DNA of 64,000 nt from the NCBI GenBank assembly GCA_963746845.1, contig CAVVCZ010000004.1:800001-864000 (forward strand), given 5' to 3'. The position numbers and the translations under genes were made by a program. The notes beneath the pieces are model-generated. The model saw only the letters and a program-made list of their open reading frames with translations. It was not told the origin of the DNA and made no database searches. The DNA comes from an uncultured Chloroflexia bacterium. Its GTDB lineage: Bacteria > Chloroflexota > Limnocylindria > Limnocylindrales > CSP1-4. Below are positions 59,752-64,000 of the stretch, in pieces; within the stretch, counting starts at the first letter, position 1; the number at the start of each line of letters is the position of its first letter.

Positions 59752-62700
59752 CAGCCGACCCCGGCGAGCTCGTCGGCGGCCGCGGGCTCCTCGACCGTCT
59801 CGGCGCCCTGTCGATCGGCGATCGCGCGGGCCTCGTCCAGGCGCAGGCTGATCACCCGGCTGACGGAGTCGTCGCCGACCGTCACCCCGTAGAGCGCGTC
59901 GGCGGCCTCGATTGTGCCTCGGTTGTGGGTGATCACGACGAACTGCGTCCGATCGGCGAGCCCGCGCAGCGCCTCCGAGAACCGGCCGACGTTCGCCTCG
60001 TCGAGCGCCGCGTCGACCTCGTCGAGGACGCAGAACGGGACCGGCCGGACCTCGAGCATCGCGAACAGCAGCGCGACCGCCGTCAGGGCGCGCTCCCCGC
60101 CGGAGAGCATCGCCAGCGCCTGCGCCTTCTTGCCGGGCGGGCGGGCGACGATCTCGACGCCCGTCGCCGACAGGTCGTCCGGATCGGTCAGCGACAGCCG
60201 GGCGAAGCCGCCGCCGAACAGCTGCTGGAACCGGGCGTCGAACGCGGTCTCGAGCGCGGCGAAGGTCGTCCGGAACTGGTCCGCGATCATCGTGTTCAGC
60301 TCGGCGATCAGCCCGCGGGTCTTGTCGATCGCGGAGCGCAGGTCGACCCCTTGCGTCTCGAGGGTCTCGAGCCGCTCCTTGAGCTCGCGGTACTCGTCCA
60401 CCGCGAACGGGTTCGCGGCACCGAGCTCGTGGTAGCGGCGGCGAAGGGTGGCCAGGCGTCCCGGACCCGGCACGTCGGCGGGCGGGACGTCGGCGGCCCA
60501 GCGGCCGGCGACCGCGTCCAGCGCGGCTTCGAGGGCAGCGGCCTCGTCCGGCTCGACGGTCCCGTCCGGCTCGGTGGCCGGACCCGAGTCGGCCGATTCG
60601 TCGGTCGGCGACTCGGGTGCGACGAGCCCGGGCCCGACCGCGATCGGCACGACCCCGGCTTCCTCCTCGAGCCGGCGCCGGCCCAGCTCGCCGAGACCCG
60701 CGAGCTCGACCAGCAGCTGCTCGCGGAGCGCGTCGCGGCCCAACCGGGCCTCGAGGTCCGATCGGTCGGCGGCCCGCAGTCGCTCGTCCGCGGCTCGCAG
60801 CCGATCCCGGGCCGCCGCCGCCTCACGCTCGGCCCGGCCGAGGCGATCACGATCGGCCGCGTCCGCGGCGCGCGTCTCCGCGAGCGCGGCCGCGGCGCGT
60901 TCCTCGCGCTCGGTCAGCGTGGTCAGCTCCGTCGCAAGCGCCGATCGCAGCGCCGCAATCTCCTCCCCGCGCTCGGCGAGGCGCGACCCATCGCGCTCCG
61001 CGCGGACGATCCGCTCCTCGTCCATCGAGACGGTCGCCTCGGCCCGCGCCCGACGCGCCTCGGCCTCGCGCCGCGTCGCATCCACGGCCGCCTGGTCCGC
61101 GGCCAGGCGATCCCGTCGCGCGCGCAGGTCCGCGGCGCGGGCCTCCCAGGTTGCGATCGCGGCGGCCTCGTCCATGACCGGCCGGGCCGCGCCGGGGTCG
61201 CCGCCGGCGTCCGGCTCGGCCGACCACAGACCCTCGCCCTCGAGGGCCGTCGACGCCTCGCGCGCCCGGTCCACATCGGTCTCGAGCCGGGTGATCTGCG
61301 CCGCATGCCAGCCGGCCTCGCGCGCGACGGCCTCCAGCTCGCGCGCCGCCGTCCGCTCGATCTCCTCGATCCGCCGTCGGTCCGCCGCGGTCCGCGATTC
61401 GCCGGCCGCGGCCGCCTCGGCGGCCGCTCGAGCCGTCGCGACCTGGGCCCGTGCCGCGGCCGCCTCGTCCGTGGCCGCGGACGCCTCGGACGCGAGCCGT
61501 CCGACATCCGCCCGCAGCCGGTCGGCATCCGCGCGACGCTCGAGCGGCGCATCGCCTCGGCCCAGACGCACCGCGAGCTCGGTCACGATCGCGGACCCGT
61601 CGCGGCTCGCGATCGTCCAGCCGGCGGGCAGATCGGGCTGCAGACCGAGCGCCGTCGGGAGATCGTCGACGACCGCCGACCGGGCGAGGACCCGTGCAAC
61701 CGAATGACTCGGGTCCCGCCGGATCGCATCGGCGAGGTGCGAGCCGCCGGCCGCGGTGAGGCGGTCGATGAACCGACGCTCGGCCGCGGTCTGCGAGGCA
61801 GGCCAGTCGTCCGTCGTCGCCCGCTCACGCACGACGAGCACGCCGCGCTCGCCCGCGAGGGCGACCGTCGTGGCCGCGTCAACGACGTACGCCCGGGCAA
61901 GCTCGTCGAGGGTCGACTCGACCGCGGCCCGGAGACGCGGCTCGACCTGCAGCTCGTCGTCGAGACGCCGTCCGCCTCGACGCCGCGCGGCGCGCGCGAT
62001 CCCGCGCTCCTCGTCTTCGCGCAGCCGCGCGTCGAGCGCCTCGAGGCGCGCCCGCTGCGCCGCGAGGGCGGCAGCCAGACCTGCCTCCCGCTCCTCGGCC
62101 GATCGTCGTCGCGCGTCCGCTTCATCGGCCGCGGCGCGCGTCGCCTCCAGATCCCGGGCGGCGGCTCCGGCGGCGGCATCCGCGGCCTCCCGGGCGGCGC
62201 GCGCCTTGGCAACACGCCCATCGAGCTCCCCGCGCCGGGCATCGACGGCCGCGGCCGCGGCCCGCTCCGCGTCGAGGCGGCGGACCGCCTCGGCCAGACG
62301 CCGACGAGCGGTCTCGGCCTCCGCCTGGCGGGCTGTCTCGGCGCGGCGGATCGCGGCGGCCTCCTCGCCCCGGGCCCGACTCGCCGCCCGGAGCGACGCC
62401 AGCTCCCCGTTGGCCTCGGCCAGCAGCCGGTCGGCCTCCGCGACGGCGGCGTCGAGGTCCAGATCCCGCGGCGGCATCGGCACGGCCAGCCCACGGCGTT
62501 GCACGGCCAGCGACGCCTCCGCCGTCTCCCGTTCCTCGACCAGCCGGCGACGGTCGCGCTCGATCGCCTCGAGGTCCCCGGCAAGCCGGCTCTCGCGCAG
62601 CCGGAGCTCGGTCACGGCCGATCGCGCGGCCTCGTGGACGGCCAGGCGCTCCTGCTGTGTGGCCGCGCGCTCGCCGAGCTCGGCGGCGATCGCCCCTGCG

Positions 62701-63512
62701 GCCTCTTCGGCGGCCTGGAGCTCGGCCATCGCCCGATCGGCGTCGACCCGCTCCCGATCCACGCGAGCGGCCGCGACGGCCGCCCCGGCGGCCGCCTCGT
62801 GCCAGCGATTGTGGGCGACGACGAGCAGCGCCGTCGCGAGCTCGTCGCCGGCGGTCAGCCGGGTCGTCTGCTGCTCGGCCTGGGCGGCGAGCCTGCGAGC
62901 CTGCGGGCGGAGCTCGGCGAGGATGTCCTCGACCCGGGCGAGGTTTGCCTCGGACTCGGTCAGCTGCTCCTCGGCCTTGCGCCGGCGGCGCTCGTGGCGA
63001 CGAACCCCGGCGACCTCCTCGAACAGCGGGCGCCGCTCCTCCGGCCGGAGGGCGAGGGCCTGGTCGACCATCCCCTGGCCGATGAACAGGAACGCGTTGT
63101 CCGCGAGATGGGCGCCGTCGAGGAGATCGACGAGATCGCGGAGACGGATCCGCTGCTTGTTCAGGAGGTAGTCGTTCTCGCCGCTGCGATACAGCCTGCG
63201 CCCGAGCTCCAGCACGCCGAAGTCCACCGGCAGCAGACCGTCCGCGTTGTCGAGGACGAGGGTGACGTCGGCCATGCCGAGGGCGGAGCGCTTCTCGGAG
63301 CCCGCGAAGATCACGTCCTCGGACTTCCGGCTCCGAAGGGCCCGGCCCTGCTCGCCGAGGGACCAGCGGAGTGCGTCGGCGAGGTTGCTCTTCCCGGATC
63401 CGTTGGGACCGACGACGGCGCTGATCCCCGGGCCGAACTCGACGACCGTGCGCTCCGCGAAGGACTTGAAGCCCTGGAGGCGGAGCGCGAGGAGCCGCGC
63501 GGGGGCGGTCAT
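59751..63512 (-). CDS. smc: chromosome segregation protein SMC
   Basis: FKSF, GPNGSGKSN, long coiled coils, hinge, LSGGE, LDEVDAALD. Confidence 0.96.
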   Translation of the reverse strand: MTAPARLLALRLQGFKSFAERTVVEFGPGISAVVGPNGSGKSNLADALRWSLGEQGRALRSRKSEDVIFAGSEKRSALGMADVTLVLDNADGLLPVDFGVLELGRRLYRSGENDYLLNKQRIRLRDLVDLLDGAHLADNAFLFIGQGMVDQALALRPEERRPLFEEVAGVRRHERRRRKAEEQLTESEANLARVEDILAELRPQARRLAAQAEQQTTRLTAGDELATALLVVAHNRWHEAAAGAAVAAARVDRERVDADRAMAELQAAEEAAGAIAAELGERAATQQERLAVHEAARSAVTELRLRESRLAGDLEAIERDRRRLVEERETAEASLAVQRRGLAVPMPPRDLDLDAAVAEADRLLAEANGELASLRAASRARGEEAAAIRRAETARQAEAETARRRLAEAVRRLDAERAAAAAVDARRGELDGRVAKARAAREAADAAAGAAARDLEATRAAADEADARRRSAEEREAGLAAALAAQRARLEALDARLREDEERGIARAARRRGGRRLDDELQVEPRLRAAVESTLDELARAYVVDAATTVALAGERGVLVVRERATTDDWPASQTAAERRFIDRLTAAGGSHLADAIRRDPSHSVARVLARSAVVDDLPTALGLQPDLPAGWTIASRDGSAIVTELAVRLGRGDAPLERRADADRLRADVGRLASEASAATDEAAAARAQVATARAAAEAAAAGESRTAADRRRIEEIERTAARELEAVAREAGWHAAQITRLETDVDRAREASTALEGEGLWSAEPDAGGDPGAARPVMDEAAAIATWEARAADLRARRDRLAADQAAVDATRREAEARRARAEATVSMDEERIVRAERDGSRLAERGEEIAALRSALATELTTLTEREERAAAALAETRAADAADRDRLGRAEREAAAARDRLRAADERLRAADRSDLEARLGRDALREQLLVELAGLGELGRRRLEEEAGVVPIAVGPGLVAPESPTDESADSGPATEPDGTVEPDEAAALEAALDAVAGRWAADVPPADVPGPGRLATLRRRYHELGAANPFAVDEYRELKERLETLETQGVDLRSAIDKTRGLIAELNTMIADQFRTTFAALETAFDARFQQLFGGGFARLSLTDPDDLSATGVEIVARPPGKKAQALAMLSGGERALTAVALLFAMLEVRPVPFCVLDEVDAALDEANVGRFSEALRGLADRTQFVVITHNRGTIEAADALYGVTVGDDSVSRVISLRLDEARAIADRQGAETVEEPAAADELAGVG

Positions 63513-64000
63513 CGGGTTCCTCGCGACGGCGGCTCGTCATCCGCGGCGACCGAACCGGCCGGCTCGGCGACGTCGTCACGGGCGGCGCCGCCGCTCGTCC
63601 GGGCGACCGCCTCCCGTCGGAGGACCTCCATCGCGCGCTGGGCGGCGGCGGTCTCGGCGACACGGCGGGACGGTCCGCTGCCCACGCCGAGCGCGCGTCC
63701 CTCGACCAGCACCTCGACCTGGAACTGCTTCTCGTGATCGGGTCCGGTCGCGTCGACGACGTGGTACTCGGGCCGCGATCCCGTCTGGCGCTGGGTGTAC
63801 TCCTGGAGCCGGCTCTTCGGGCTCTTCAGGGTCGAGACCGGGGCGTCCATCGCGATCTCCGGCGCGGCCAGCGTCGTCAGCCAGGTACGGGTCTCGTCGA
63901 ACCCGATCTCCAGGTAGAGCGCACCGGCGAGGGCCTCGAAGGCCGAGGCGAGGATCGACGGCCGGCGACGGCCGCCGCGGGTCGCCTCACCCTCGCCGAG
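63509..64000 (-). CDS. rnc: ribonuclease III (5' end outside window)
   Basis: LGEGE..GG...ILASAFEALAGALYL, then dsRBD KSRLQE...GPDHEKQF...AETAAA. Confidence 0.93.
   Translation of the reverse strand, partial: LGEGEATRGGRRRPSILASAFEALAGALYLEIGFDETRTWLTTLAAPEIAMDAPVSTLKSPKSRLQEYTQRQTGSRPEYHVVDATGPDHEKQFQVEVLVEGRALGVGSGPSRRVAETAAAQRAMEVLRREAVARTSGGAARDDVAEPAGSVAADDEPPSRGTR

Overview
Very GC-rich bacterial chromosome segment. Gene style suggests Chloroflexota, possibly a Limnocylindria-like lineage (inference only). The first ~19 kb is an accessory/metabolic region: AI-2E transporter, DppA peptidase, AAC(2')-like GNAT, BBE oxidase, SnoaL-type ECF sigma, amidohydrolase, two class III nucleotidyl cyclases around a Tat-lipoprotein intradiol dioxygenase, a DRG-like GTPase, a GNAT-APH fusion, LLM and ThDP enzymes. 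From ~19 kb on it is an almost entirely minus-strand housekeeping block: rnc-smc-ftsY-ffh-DUF3352-rpsP-khpA-rimM-trmD-rplS-rnhB-yraN-rpsB-tsf-pyrH-frr-uppS-cdsA-dxr-rseP-ispG-nusA-ylxR-infB-rbfA-DHH-truB-ribF-rpsO-pnp, then asd-UDG-rnj-ftsK-rodZ-cinA-murC-yajQ. The standout is PNPase (863 aa, normal rpsO-pnp locus): a complete DEDDh (DnaQ-like) 3'-5' exonuclease domain is inserted in frame where the alpha-helical domain normally lies, and its SD is locked in a perfect 10-bp hairpin. Other notable points: a minimal DRG-type GTPase with altered G3/G4 motifs, a cyclase with non-canonical base-selecting residues, a kinase-less RibF, a rimP-type leader in front of nusA with rimP absent, and many apparently leaderless genes. 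Two single-base indels (truB, rimM) are probably sequencing errors. No tRNA, rRNA, CRISPR array or mobile element was seen.
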